Origin: Convolutriloba macropyga
Taxonomy: Eukaryota
NCBI RefSeq assembly: GCF_964194025.1
Contig: NC_134470.1
Coordinates: 49,600,001-49,664,000 of the forward strand
DNA: 64,000 nucleotides
Reading direction: 5' to 3'
Both the position numbers and the translations under genes were made by a program. Position 1 is the stretch's first letter. Each line of letters starts with the position of its first letter. Below are positions 26,168-39,411 of this stretch, piece after piece. The notes beneath the pieces are model-generated. The model saw only the letters and a program-made list of their open reading frames with translations. It was not told where the DNA came from and ran no database searches.

Positions 26168-28238
26168 AATGCAGAGTTTTTCGAAATTTGTCTTCTCAGA
26201 CATCAGCCACGTAGTCTATTGCTTGTCCCAAATGCATTTTTTCCGTTAACATACGAACCGTCTGGGGGGATGAACACATTAGTGAAGTTGTACGTGCCAA
26301 AAGATGGAAATAAGTCGCAAAAATTGAAGCCTTGACAAAAGGGCTACATTGATGGAAAACGTCGTTACTCTGAAAAATTATTTAAATAGATTGGAATAAA
26401 AAACTTTTGAAATGGTCAATTTGGATAATGTTTTGCAATATAAAGGAAACATAGTAAACAACATCAGTTTAAACTCCACAGCAACTTATTGACTAAAAAT
26501 TTATACCCGAACGAGCAGATTGATCAACATTTCTGGTCTACCAAATCTTATTTTGATGCAGTTGAGTTTGGACTCAACAATTCCTAAAGTGAAAGGCTAA
26601 AATAACCAACAATTGTTTGGATTTTAATAAAAAACATAAAGGCGAAAAATATAATATACTGAGCTAATTCAGTTAACTGTTTTTTATGAAAGCATTTTTT
26701 TAAAAAAAAAACAGATTGATAATTGACGTCTGAAATAATTTAAGTTTTATTGTTTGATCGATTCATAAGAGTTTTTTTACTTATTTTTAGTTAAAGTCGG
26801 AACAGATATTTTAGAAAATTGTGAATGGATATTATTTGTTTAATTATTTGTTTAATCGTGTTTTTTTTTGCATTTATCCTTTAATAGCCCAATCGACAGC
26901 AATCAATTAGTCAAAATTAGTTGTGAATTGCGTTAAGATTTTTCTTGAACTATAAATATTTTTGACAATTTAGCTGTTTGAAAACTATTTTTGATTTATT
27001 ATAATATACATATTTCATTAAAGCTTATTCAAAGTGATGAGTAACTCAATAAGACCTAAAATTAAGCTTCATTTTCTCTTCTGGACAAAAAAAAATTTCA
27101 AAAATAAAAATAAAAAGATTGATTAAATTTAATAGCTTTCATCAAATATAATATTTTAAAGAGTCTCAGAAAAACGTATCGATCTGACAAAATGAGGCTG
27201 CATTAAAGTTGCAAACTCCAAAAAATTAATTAGTTGGAATTTACAAAATTCGACAAATCCGATGGTTTCCTGGGAAATGTATTTATAGCTTTCTTAAAAT
27301 GTCGAATTAGGCAGCACTTTCAAAATCTGAAAAAGTATCAAAAAGTGGCCGTTTATCAGAATTTTTAATGTAGTCAGAGAAAATGAAAAAAAATACAAGC
27401 ATTTTAGCAAAAATTTTCATTTTTTCTTTAAAATAAAAATGCGTCAATTATTTTTGGAGAAGCTAGATGATTTCAGTATTACAATCATAACGGTTGTTTG
27501 AAGTATTCAAATTAGTAGTGAAAAACAATAATATACGACATTTTATCTATGTTTTTATTGTTCTGAATCGATTAAAACCGCTTAGCAATCTGTATGTGTC
27601 AAAAGTGTTTTATTATGGTTGAGTTATTTTCACATTTGAAAATTGTTTGTTCTTACCAGAGTTTTCGGTGGGTTCTTTAACAGTAATTTAGTTTGTTAGT
27701 TTGAGGAGCCCTAGATTTTGCTACTTGTGAAACGAGTCAAGAAAGGCAGCTGAGTTTATGAGAAAAAACTGAGATGGATCAAATTTTTAAATTCTGAGAT
27801 GAACAATTTTCAAAATTTTTTGTCAAATAGTTGAGTTCTTTCAAAAGTAGATGAGCAACAGTATCTCAATTCATGTTAGTCCTGGTAGTTTTCAGGCTAA
27901 ATTTTATGACACACGAATTTCTTTGATTAGGCAATTTCAGTTTTGATCCACCTTAATTGAACTCTTTAGAGAAGCAGCTAATCGTAAATGCACCAGTATA
28001 GTTTTACAACTCAAGCTGTTTAGACGGGCAGAAAAACTCTATTCATCTTCCTTAAAAATTCACCTACTGCTTTTGAACGAGATTTTTGGTGGGAAATGTT
28101 TAAGTTACTAGTCCGAGAAAACCATAAAAAATAGGCAGTAATTTCTCGTGTCTAAAAACTTTGCACTCATTTAGTCTAACTGGTCACACTAATTTTGTAA
28201 TTTTAGTCAGACAACATTAGTTTTGTGTTGTTGTTTAG

Positions 28239-28540
28239 GTTTCTCTGGAGTTTCGACAATGCTCTCATTTTGTCCCTCAACTACAATATACGGTCTATCA
28301 CCTCCAGAGTTCTGTGAGAGAAACCCAAACTCAAATGTTCGTTATCACTACTATTCACACGTTGCTGAACAAGTGACGTCAGGCGAGAAAACGGAGTGCA
28401 GCTTTTACGAGAGTATTATGAGAGGGGAAATGGACAGGAAGAAAGATGGAAAAGTTCACGTGTTCAGTAGTGAACATGAAGTTTACAGGAAGTGGCAATC
28501 TGTTCATAACATTACATTTAGAGCACCCCATTGGGACTGA
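28239..28540 (+). CDS. Sialyltransferase (ST6GalNAc-like), exon 2; spliced product ~330 aa
   Basis: Acceptor ttgtttag, phase 1, completes sialylmotif S (SSG-FSGVSTMLSFC..TTIYGL); motif III YHYY; VS motif HVFSSE; C-terminus KW...NITFRAPHWD* typical of ST6GalNAc III-VI. Confidence 0.9.
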
Positions 28541-29435
28541 ACGCAATCATCTGTGAATAAGGGAGTGTGGAGATTAAAACTTGGTTTATTTAAAACTGAT
28601 TTGCAGAATCTTGTGCCGTGTTCTGGTGCAAAACTACGCATTTTGTGTAATATATAAACTCAAAGTTAAACTCTAAATAAAAACTAACAACGTTTACATT
28701 TTTTTACTACATTGTAGCACTGCTTACTCAAGCATAGTAATATCTCCATTAGATGCTTACTATTTGTATAATTTAGGTCAAGCGTGGTTTTTTTTAGTTA
28801 GTTGACACTTTTATTAATCACAATTTTATCTTTGACACCATGAAATTTTGTGGTTAAAATAAATAGGTCCGATTTTTGACAGGTCTCAAAGACAAATATG
28901 CGTCCTAACACTAGGGCTAATGAAACAAAAACATAGGAATCAAATGCCTGGTTCTAACAAAGACAAGACCAAATTAGCACACAAATTTCCAATAATAGCA
29001 AAATGGGTGTTTTGCAAGGCAAAAAAACCTGATAAGAGGCACAAAAAATTGTGGTGCGGTTTGGGGCAAGGCAAAAAAAGACCAAGATTATTCAAGTTGG
29101 AAAACCTCGAGGTCATTCACATTAACACTTAGCCCGTTGAAACTACAAACAAAGTAAATCAATTTTTTGCCTTAATTATTTTCAGTCAAAAACCACAAAA
29201 TTAGGTAATTGGCATTGCTCCACATTCCCCTTGATCCGTCAAGCTTGAATAAGTTATAACTCACTTGCGTTATGTACAACAAAATTGTAAAAGCGCTACA
29301 CGGAAAAGCTCCAATAAAGCTACCCCCGGTGGCTGGAAAAACACCACGGGCAGAACAGTCGGGTCTCCAAGACCAAAACAAAGAAACGAACAAAGCAGCT
29401 GATCCAACAAGGGAAAAGAATCCCTCGCTGCGATG

Positions 29436-29550
29436 CAAAGCGAGTAAAAGCAGCAGCAAAGCGAGCAACAACAGCAGAAAAGCGAGCAACAACAGCAGCA
29501 AAGCGAACAACAATAGCAGCAAAGCGAGCAACAACAGAGCAACGCGAACA
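29436..29550. repeat. 21-bp minisatellite (aaagcgagcaacaacagcagc)
   Basis: About five tandem copies visible. Confidence 0.85.
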
Positions 29551-29749
29551 ACATTAGCCTCAAAGTGAACGACAACAACATCAACCAACTTATGATAGCG
29601 ATTTGTCAGAAGATGGACAAGTTGAGCTACAAGCGCTAGTGGAAACAAAGAATACAAAATGAGCGTCCCTATGCTGAGTAAATGGTAACTCTGATCTAAT
29701 TTTTATAATTGTCATGAGTGTGATAGTCCTCTTTCACAAAATATATCAA

Positions 29750-30300
29750 AATTGAACAATTACCCCTAATTTTTTGGCTCAACACGAGTAACAAAATAAC
29801 AATGCATTGTTCCACCGGCCATTCCGGCCTTTAATTAATTTTTGCCTCTTTTTGGGCCCATTTTGTTTCCTGTACAACAATCCCAGTGGGCTTGTTCGAA
29901 ACAATTGGTCCCATAAAACATTTAATTACAATTCTCAAATCTGTTGTTGTGACGAAATTAAGATCATCTGGACCATTGATAGCAGGGGCAGCGCCCATCA
30001 GTTTTAATAAATGGCGGTCCAGGCCTTCTTTCCGTAAAGAACGAATAATTTTTTAAAATTTTTCTGCCTTGATTTGGGTTTCCGGTCAAAATTGTGCAAA
30101 GTGCAGCGCACACGCAATTAAAATTAGAGTCAAAAATGTCAACGGTTTTAGGGATAAAGGCTGTAGGATCTAATGAAGAGCGGTCTTGAAGCAATTGCTC
30201 AGCAAAGGCCTTTCGTTAACATCTAGGCCTAATTCGTTAGAAATTCTATCGAGCGTAAGAGAAGTAGCATGAACAAGAAAACCGGTAAAACGCCTATGAA
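29750..30300 (-). pseudogene. Possible very old BEL/Pao integrase C-terminal remnant
   Basis: Minus-strand fragments VNERPL and KLIKGRNGR resemble BEL LNSRPL and GRDG motifs; heavily decayed. Confidence 0.3.
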
Positions 30301-33300
30301 TGATCTCATCACTGCAACTATCACAGTTGCGTACTACTTCCAGAACGATGAGCTGAGCTCCCTGAACATTGTAAGATTGTTGAACAAGCAGTTCGGCTTG
30401 ACTGCTTTAATATGCTCGTAGTCTCGATGTAATTTTCGAATGATAATTTTTGAATTCCTGGAATTCAAGATTGAGGCGATTCTATTTCATCAGTTAGAAT
30501 TGGTTTTCGTTTGTTGTACCGACTGCAATTGTTTAAAATGGTGCCTTTTCTGTTGATTAAGACTGACATCTTGTGATATTGTTCCACAGCGATGTAATTT
30601 GAGAATAGATTGATAAAGTGGGAAATCCAAAATTGTGAATGAATGCTAGTAGGAAATAGGGTTTAAGGAATAGGTGATTTGCTAGTGTCTTGGTGTTTGC
30701 TTAAGTTCATCGGCAAACAAAAAATGGCATGCACACTAATTTTTTGATTGAGTTCTCAGAGCATGAAATATTGATCTGCCACTCTCTGGTCACCCCCCCC
30801 CCCCGCAAGTCCTCAAAACCCTACTCCCCAAGCCCGATTGTCCTGAAATTTTGACTGGTCATTCCTGGGACAATTTTGTAGGCATTGAGAAAAATAACGG
30901 GCTTTTTCGCACTCAAATTTGTTCTTTTGGCCTCTAAATTAAACAAAGAAAAAGATGAAATGCGAATTTTTTTCATCCTTCTTTGAAAGAAACAACACTT
31001 TTTCCAGAGTCAAAACAGTTTACCGAGACCACGTTCAGACATGAAGAGTTCAGAGAAATTGCCTTTCAATCTCAAAGTAATAGCAGTTAAACTATTTTAC
31101 AACGAAAAAAGGACAGAAAGAGTTAATATTTCGTTTTCCATTTTCTGTGATCCTAAGTTAAAAATTTATATAAACTAAACGCTGCGCCAGCCTAAACGGG
31201 AAACATAGGTACCATAGGTGAAATCGGATGCGTATCCGTTACTGGGACTGTAACAAACGAGTGTGCGTAAATTTGCACATTTTGTTGAGCATTAAATATG
31301 GGTAGTGCCATAATCTGAAACCATCAAACCGAGTTAAACACGCAGCTCCCGTCATCTCGAGCAAACATTCACCTAGATAAATTACATCTTGTGACTGAGC
31401 TTTTACACTCACTATTACCCTTAGACGCTAGATCAAAAAGTTTTAAAAGGAACGACATGTTACGTTTTGCGGATATAAGACTGATAAGGTTGAGTACCCT
31501 CATGCGAGAAAAATGCTCAGAGAGAAACTTGCGAATCTGAAAAGCAGAGTGTCCTTGAATAAATTAGTGATAGTTTGACTCACTAATTAGACGAAGTTGA
31601 CACTTGAGTTCAACTTGCTGAGGTAAAAAGAATGTTGGAAAGAAAGTGAATAACCGACATTTGGAATAGATTAAATTACACTGAATTATTGGTATCGGGA
31701 TTTCTCCAACTGATGTAAGTTGAATTTCAATTTTAGTTTTGAATAACAGGATAGTATTTGATTGTGTTCTTTAATTCTCTATTCTTGGGTAATCCTTAGG
31801 CTCAATTCCATCAAAGAACCGATTTTTTCCTTGTTGTTTTAATAGCTATATTTCAGTGAAGTATTACTTTCATTACTTGGAAGAGAAAGTAATTATCTCG
31901 CGCATCAAATATCTTATATATTGAGAGAGAGCAACGGGGACAACAATCTGTACTTAATGGCCAGGCGACTCACTTTTTTCGAAGAACCTTTCAAATTGGA
32001 TAGAGTTTTGGGCGCTAGCCAGTCACCAGTTAGAAGCCTTCTAACGATGGAAATACAAATTTCTATACTATAAAATTTCATGAAGTCGGAATGTGATTGT
32101 GACCTGATTCAGTCAAGATTACAGTAATTGCGCTGCGAGAAGTCACTGGATCTGTAGAAACCTTATACTAGCAAAAAATTTGTTCTAAACAAAAACAAAT
32201 TAAACGAAATCATGGATTATTGTTTGCCCCTATGTGGGGACATTAAGTTTTTTCTCGGGGATCTCAATTTATTTTGATCATGGGACTATGCATATATGGG
32301 TTGCATCATGTAGCCAATTTAGATAGGCACACTGGCACAAGAAGGTCCACTGAGATAGGCGCACTAACACATGAGCAAAAAATACAGTAAATGAAAATGT
32401 CAGTTTAGCCTGACAATTATTTGATTCCAACAAGGGACTGCTGAAAGATTTACTGCTTCCGAAGATTTTGTTAAATGTGAATGTGATGGTAGTATTCCGT
32501 AGCTTGAATTGGAAACGCTAGCAAACGTTTAATGTCAAGGTTCAATTTTTGAAAACTGCACATCGGAATATCGCTGATCATATGCATGCATAGTTTTTTT
32601 GTTTTTGGAGGTTGGCTTGCGTTTCAATTTTATAAGCTCACTGTAACTGTAAAAACAAAATGCTTCAGCACAGCGACGTCTAAGTTACCCTTCTCTCATA
32701 AAACACTTTTTTGGGGTTATGAGCCAAAAGCAAGTTTTAATGGGGAACACCGAACAACTTGACCCAGAGGGTCACATCGCATTTTAAAAATAAGATGGAC
32801 TTATTGAGATACATTCGACAACAGTTCCAAATTTTACGGTATTGAGTTTTTTTCATAGGTACGTTTGAACGAGCATACGCACGCACCGAAACTTTTAACA
32901 AGCAGTCTGGAACATAGAAGATTTCTGTGGGCTGGGTATTTTCATAAACAAAAATGGTCTAATTAAAATTTTCATTCAATTTGAACAATTGCCTCAAACT
33001 CAGTAGCTTAATGTTGAAATCTAGCAAACATTTGACAGATTAATATTCAAACTTAGAACTCGCATATATTACAATATTAATGCTCATATGCATGTCTAAG
33101 AGTTTTTTAAACCTTCACCTGCCTTCCATCTCTCTGAAACTCTGTACAAAATGCCGCAGCACAGAGCTTCGGTTACATGATAGTTTTTCGCATAAAGTTG
33201 CAACGCAAACACGTTCAAAATACTCCTGACATACAAATTGACATCAAATTTTTAAGTAATTTGACATCAATTTGACATCAAATTTTTTGCAATTTTTAAG

Positions 33301-34559
33301 TATGGTCTTTGACTTTTGGGACAATTGATGGCGTTGTAATTTTATGGGACCAAATATATTTGAAACGTTCTATCATAATGATCCAATAGAGGTTTGCATT
33401 TCATCACTTTGTGGGACACACTTTTTTGCCTTTTTAATTGATATTTACATAATCAAGTTAACAACGAAGCGGCAGCCAATCGCATGCCGAACTTAATATA
33501 ATTACATCTTGCCCTCGTCTTCTTGTTATCGAATAGTTCTTTTTTGCAACTTTAGAGGTTTTGATTGTTTTCTAGATTTTGGAAACCATCAGCATTGGTT
33601 AGAATTTTTTTTGAAATACTATTCATCTTTTCATTAAAATTCAGAAATTGATACATACTCTAATTAATTGATCTCAAGACCATTGCTAAGACAGTTTGTT
33701 ACTACATTTTTTTGTAGGAAATTAAAAAAACTTGCTAACGTAGCTAAGCTTCAACCAGAATGTTCAATATGAAAATAAGAATTTATCTAGTGAAGACTAA
33801 GGACAGCCTTATTTTGAACCTATTTAGTCAAATTCTAAAGAATTTCGTACTTTTTCATGGATAATTGACAACTTATAGCATGAAAAACAATTAAAATTGA
33901 TCTTCAGATAATTAATGTGACCCAGGTTTGTACGTTTTTGTGACAGAATTCATAGTTTGCGGTAAATAGTTTGCGACATCCGACAGTAGTATATATTTCC
34001 CGCGAAATTTTCAAAACTAGCTTCATAAATGTGACAATGAAGAAGAAATAAATATTTCCGATCTTGTAATTTGTACTTTGAAAAGAAACCATCAATAAAC
34101 TTTTTTGTAAATCAAAAATAAATAGATTTGTCCTCACTAGTCGTAAAATTTTCTAAGAAAGGCAAATTGTTTACATTAATTGTCGAAAGTTTGCTGCACC
34201 AGAATATGAAGGCTGCAATTGTTGAAAATGACTGACTGTTTTCGTTTGATATCCCCCAGAAAGCAGGCATCAACTGATAGTTGATAAGAAAACGAATAGG
34301 AAATGGCAAAAAAATGTGGAATTTTGGATGTTTTAACCTCATTACATTGAAAATTTGTTAGTTCACGTTCGAGGCTGGCTAACATCAATGAAGAAAGTTG
34401 TCCTTGCACAAACACATAGCTTGTTCAGAGTTAATCAAAATTGAACAATTTTTAGTATTAACAAAATCTTTACTTAATTCCGAGAAAATTTTCCCTATTC
34501 ATTGCAACATTGCCGTCAATAAACTTCCGAGTCCATGAGACACTCAGGGGTCCAAAATA

Positions 34560-36590
34560 AAGCTTGCACTGAGAAACTATTTTTTTTATTTATAACAAAA
34601 AACACAGAATTTGTCGAATGATGTCAGCTCTCAAAACAAATTTCAATGGGTAATTGCTGAACATGGAAAAACTCCAAAAATATAAAAACAATCTGAATTA
34701 CCTCAAAAATTAGGAAAAAAGATGATTTTAATTGTTAAAGGGGAATTTTGGTATCACGTGAATAGTTTTTTAAAATGCAAAATTACAAAATTTGATATAC
34801 TTTGAACAGACTACGTTCTGATTTGAACAAATTACTACTGAAATAAAACAAATTTTTATCAGAGAACCCTCATAATTTTTGCCAAAAACTGAAAACTAAA
34901 CTTGAATGTCAGAAAGATTTTCTTATTTTTATTGAGAAGCACATTTTTTAACGGAGCCATTGACAAGACGTCTGAGCCAAAATGCAAAAAATTAGCAAAC
35001 AATGCAAAAAAAAGATAATTCTTAGAAAAAAACAAGTTAGAACAATAAATTAATACAATAACTTAATACAAAAAAGGTAAAAACAAGTCACTAAGTCACT
35101 AAATCTCATCAACCATAGCTTTCGAATCCTTTCTTGCTAATATTTTGAAATGAGTAAAAAGCATCTTGGAGTCCATATACTATAACAAATTGACCACAAA
35201 ACAAACTTCCTTCGGTCAGGGGTTCAAAAAGTGGTTTCAGTGAGAATATATCTTTTTTAAATATAACTCAAAAAGCTTACATTTAAAGGTTTCTTTATAG
35301 GTTTTTTCTTAAATAAAACTCTCAAAGGTTATATTCAAAGGTTGCACTGAGAATATATTTCTTTAAAATGTAACTCTCAAAGCAAATTTCAATGTTTAAT
35401 TGCTGAAAATGGAAAACACTAAAATATTAAAGCAACCTGAGTTACCACAAAAATTAGGAAAAAAGATATTTATTGTTAATTGGGGTTTGGTTATCACGTT
35501 AATAAATTTTGTAAAAAATTAAAATTAGAACAATTGATGTATTATGAACAGATTATGTTCTGAGTTGAACAAATTGCTACTGAAATAAAACACATTTTTA
35601 TCAGTAAATATTCATAATTAATGCAAAAAAAAATAAAACCTAAAGACAAAAAAGTTTTTCTTATTTTCTAGGTAAAGCAAAACTTTCTTTAAAGAAACAT
35701 TGACAAAACGTCTGAGCCAAAATGTAAAAATTAGCAAAAAAATCCGAAACAAGTTAATACATAGAAAAAAATAGGTTAATGCACTAATTTAAAACAAAAA
35801 AAGATATTAAAAAGTCACTAATTCACTAAATCTCATCAGCCATCATTTTAGAATTCTATAATGCTTATATTTCAAAATGATTGAAAAGCAGCTTCGAGTC
35901 CATATACTATATTAAAACGACCACAAAACAAACTTCCTTAAAACAAACGACCACAAAACAAACTTCCACAAAACAAACTTCCTTTGATCAAATGTTCAAA
36001 AAATGCTTGCTACTGAAAAAATATTATTTAAAAAAATAACAAAAGACACAGAAATTGTCGAAAGATGCCAGTTCTCAAGCAAATTTCAATCTGCAATAGC
36101 TGAAGATGGGAAAACTCCAAAAAGATGAATACAATCTGAGATACCTCAAAAATCAGGAAAAAGATTATTTTTTGGGTATCACAGGGAGTTTGGGTATCAC
36201 ATAATGATTTTTAAAATGCAAAATAAAAAAAAATTAATGTACTTTGAACAGATTATATTCTAATTTGGACAAATTGCTACTGATGCAAAACAAATTTTTA
36301 TCAGAGAACCTTCATAATTTTTGCCAAAAACTGAAAACTAAACTTGAATGTCAGAAAGATTTTTTTATTTTTATTGAGAAGCACATTTTTTTAACGGAGC
36401 CATTGACAAGACGTCTGAGCCAAAAAGCAAAAATAAGCAAACAATGCAAAAACGATAATAAAAATTCACTAAGTCACTAAATCTCATCACCCATTAATTT
36501 CAAATCTTATAATGCTCATAGTTTAAAACGAGTGAAAAACAGCTTCGAGTCCATATACTATACTAAAACAACCACAAAACAAACTCCCTT
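34560..36590. repeat. Three diverged tandem copies of a ~650-780-bp AT-rich unit
   Basis: Repeated landmarks: ttgc(t)actga, caaatttcaat..gctgaa, cgtctgagccaaaa, gagtccatatactata..accacaaaacaaact (copies begin ~34560, ~35340, ~36005). Confidence 0.85.
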
Positions 36591-37247
36591 CGTATTTGGC
36601 ATGAATGATGTCGTTTATAGTTCGCTAGTGACCCTTAACTTAAAGGACGCGTCCTACGCAATTTACCTATTAATATGTCAATTTCGGTCAATTTTTGCAA
36701 AAGAACTAAAATTCTAGTGGGAATCACACATAAATCCACCGCATTCACATTTAGCGTTAAAATTTGTCTCCTTTGCGGCAAGAGAAAAATAACGACTTTC
36801 TGATTATAGTACCGCTCCCAGCTTATGATGGCTAGTATCTAGAGTGTACAGCCGTTCCAATTACCGTAATCAACATAATTTTAGGGTGGGTATAATGGCA
36901 CAGGCTCAAAAAAGATTTTTCACTAATAGTTAGCCCTGATTGCTACGCGTTTGTTTCTGGATTCGGGTTATTCCAGATGTAAAACAAGAGTTTAACTTCA
37001 GTCTGAAAGTTTGACCTAAATGCCAGAAATTGTTCTCTCTGAAGATACCCCTACTTTGAACCATGGAAATCCAAAAGTCAACTGAAATTGAAGAGTTTGT
37101 GCACTAAGAGATAATATACGTTTCAAATATATGTATGGTCAGGTATATGGTTGCCACTTTTGTATGACGTCATATATGGCCTGCATATGGTTGCCAAAAA
37201 TTATCTATGGTGGTCAACCCGGGCTTTAAAGAGACAATAATTGCAAC

Positions 37248-37389
37248 CTTGCATTTGGCTTTAAGAAGGTGAGGGTGATCTCGTTGGTGTCTGTGTCATC
37301 CTCATAGCTCTCCTCCTCACCATCCAACCACCAGTACACTCTATGGTGACTAGCTCGCTTGAAGTGCACTGCGCTCTTCATCATCTTGG
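37248..37389 (-). CDS. FN3-like gene exon F (KMMKSAVHFKRASHHRVYWWLDGEEE..EITLTFLKPNA)
   Basis: Acceptor ctttttcag; phase 1 matches exon E; FN3-like pattern; donor GTTGCA, phase 2. Confidence 0.7.
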
Positions 37390-38607
37390 CTGAAAAAGAC
37401 TAATAATTAATGCAACACAGAAGCGCGAAACGTGAAATATCTCATTAGGATCGTGCTAAAATTCCTAAAATGTATTGTTTCGGACTCAATATGTTATGCC
37501 CCGAACTAGAGTTAATGTATTGTTATATAGCACTTTACTATGTAAAAAGAGCACGTGCGCCTTGGGAGCGTAAAAGTTATATGCCCCAGGATGATGGTGC
37601 GGGAGAGGGAGGGAAAACAGAATAGATCCAACTCCTATCCTGATCAGTGTGAAATTTGGAAGCAACATCCAAGATCGGGGAGTTTTTCGACAATAACTTT
37701 TTTTTCAAAAGGAAGACCGAATCATGAAGTTTCAACATGTATTATAGTTACAATTTAGCAAACCAAGATCTTGCTACGTTACGTATGAAAATTTTTTGGG
37801 AAAATTTTGTCGAATTTTTGCATACTTCCTGTTGACAAAATTGTATTTTTGTAAATATTTGACTCTTTTGTGAACTTTCTCTGTTTTTCAAATAACTATG
37901 TTCGCACTGCTGTCTTCCAAGAGTTGTCCTAAAACTGCTCCTCCTATTTCTTTCCAAGATTATGCAGTTTGCCATACGAGATCTTATATGATCTGCATCA
38001 GCAAAGAGCCGATAAGATAAAAGGTAAGAATGCGCCGAAAAATTCAGCACAGAAAAACCTTTCCTGGTAATTCACTTAAATGTGTAAGAAATGCGCTGAA
38101 CTTTTAGGAATTTTTTTTCAAATTTTTTGTTTATTTGAGCGCCTTTCAGCGCAATTCTACAAAATGATTTAAAAATGTTAAAAATTGTTAAAACGATCAG
38201 GAAGCAACGGCGGATTAATGAAAATATAGCCAACACCCCGAAGAGTGCGATTCAAGACTGTGGCAAGACGAATAAAGAAATTAAAGAAACATTGACGTAG
38301 ATGGGACGAAAAGAGCTTAGCTGTCCAAAACTTTCAGAGAGTTTATAAATAAAACTTCTTTTTTCAAAGCATTGTTGCAAAGTATATGAGCTAAATTTTT
38401 GTGAAAAATGCGGATTTTAGAGCCCTTTTACTATAATTTTCGCAATGTTCTCCGATACGGCTTGCAAAAATTTTCCACATATTACAGTTATCAAAAGTTT
38501 GAAACTGCTAGCCAATCAATTTGCTATGCGAGATTATGCCTCTTCGAGTTTGAACGAGTCTTCAAAAAATAGTTTTAGTTTCTGGACAGTTTCCATCTTT
38601 CAGGTTC

Positions 38608-38843
38608 TGTTAATGCCCAGTATTAACTTCTCCATTATATTGTAAAGTGCATGCCCTGTTTTGTTGATTGTGTATCACTTTGTAATGTGATAAGGTTATT
38701 GAAAGTCATGTAAGAAGAGAATTGAGTTGTAACTTTTGATGTCATGAAACCAAACAAGTAAACGAAGCAATTGAAACTTGAAATAATGAGAACAAAGGAG
38801 ACATGATACGACAAAGAAGGAAGGATAGACAACGTCGTGATCA
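38608..38843 (+). repeat. 5' LTR
   Basis: Matches 49578-49813 except for one substitution (aacaaaggag vs aacaaaagag). Confidence 0.98.
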
Positions 38844-38846
38844 TAT

Positions 38847-38857
38847 TGGCGCTTCGA
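38847..38857 (+). promoter_or_regulatory. Putative primer-binding site TGGCGCTTCGA
   Basis: TGG-initiated motif 3 nt after the 5' LTR; primer tRNA not identified. Confidence 0.65.
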
Positions 38858-39411
38858 TGATTTCCACCAACAAATGAAGCAAGTTTACCTCAAGGAGATG
38901 AGACAGCAAGGAAGTGGTCCTTCATGAATGTGTAATAGGAGTGCTACAACTGTTGGTAACGAGTCAATTTTTTTCTTGGTCAACGTCAACTCTGTGAGTA
39001 CAAAATATTGAAAATAACAGTCGGGAAGTAGTCAAATGGTTTGCTCGTATTCAAGGTCAGGAGGAAGCATCATTTTGAGAGTTGAAAGCCGTTCTCTACG
39101 GAAAACTATCAAATAAGCTTCGGGGCCTATTGTAAGTTGGTAGTGGTTTAAAAAAAACGAATTGACGGATAGACAATTCAAATATTGGGTTGAGGAACTA
39201 TATGCCAAATTGAACACCGTTTTTTAGTTTGAATTTTTGAGAAAAGCTAGGGTACAAAAACAAGCTCTTATTGGTGACATAATTTTGTAGTTGTTGTCAT
39301 TAAAAAATATATATTTGAACTATTCGGTTCCTGTGAAGTTTTTTCAAAGGCTACAATACCAAGACGAGCATGATGTTTCTTTGGAACCAGTCTTGCACCG
39401 CTCCCCTTCGA

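Noticed and set aside
29172-29657. Leu-, Cys- or Ser/Asn-rich ORFs
   Set aside because: Produced by a 21-bp repeat open in several frames; no domain evidence.
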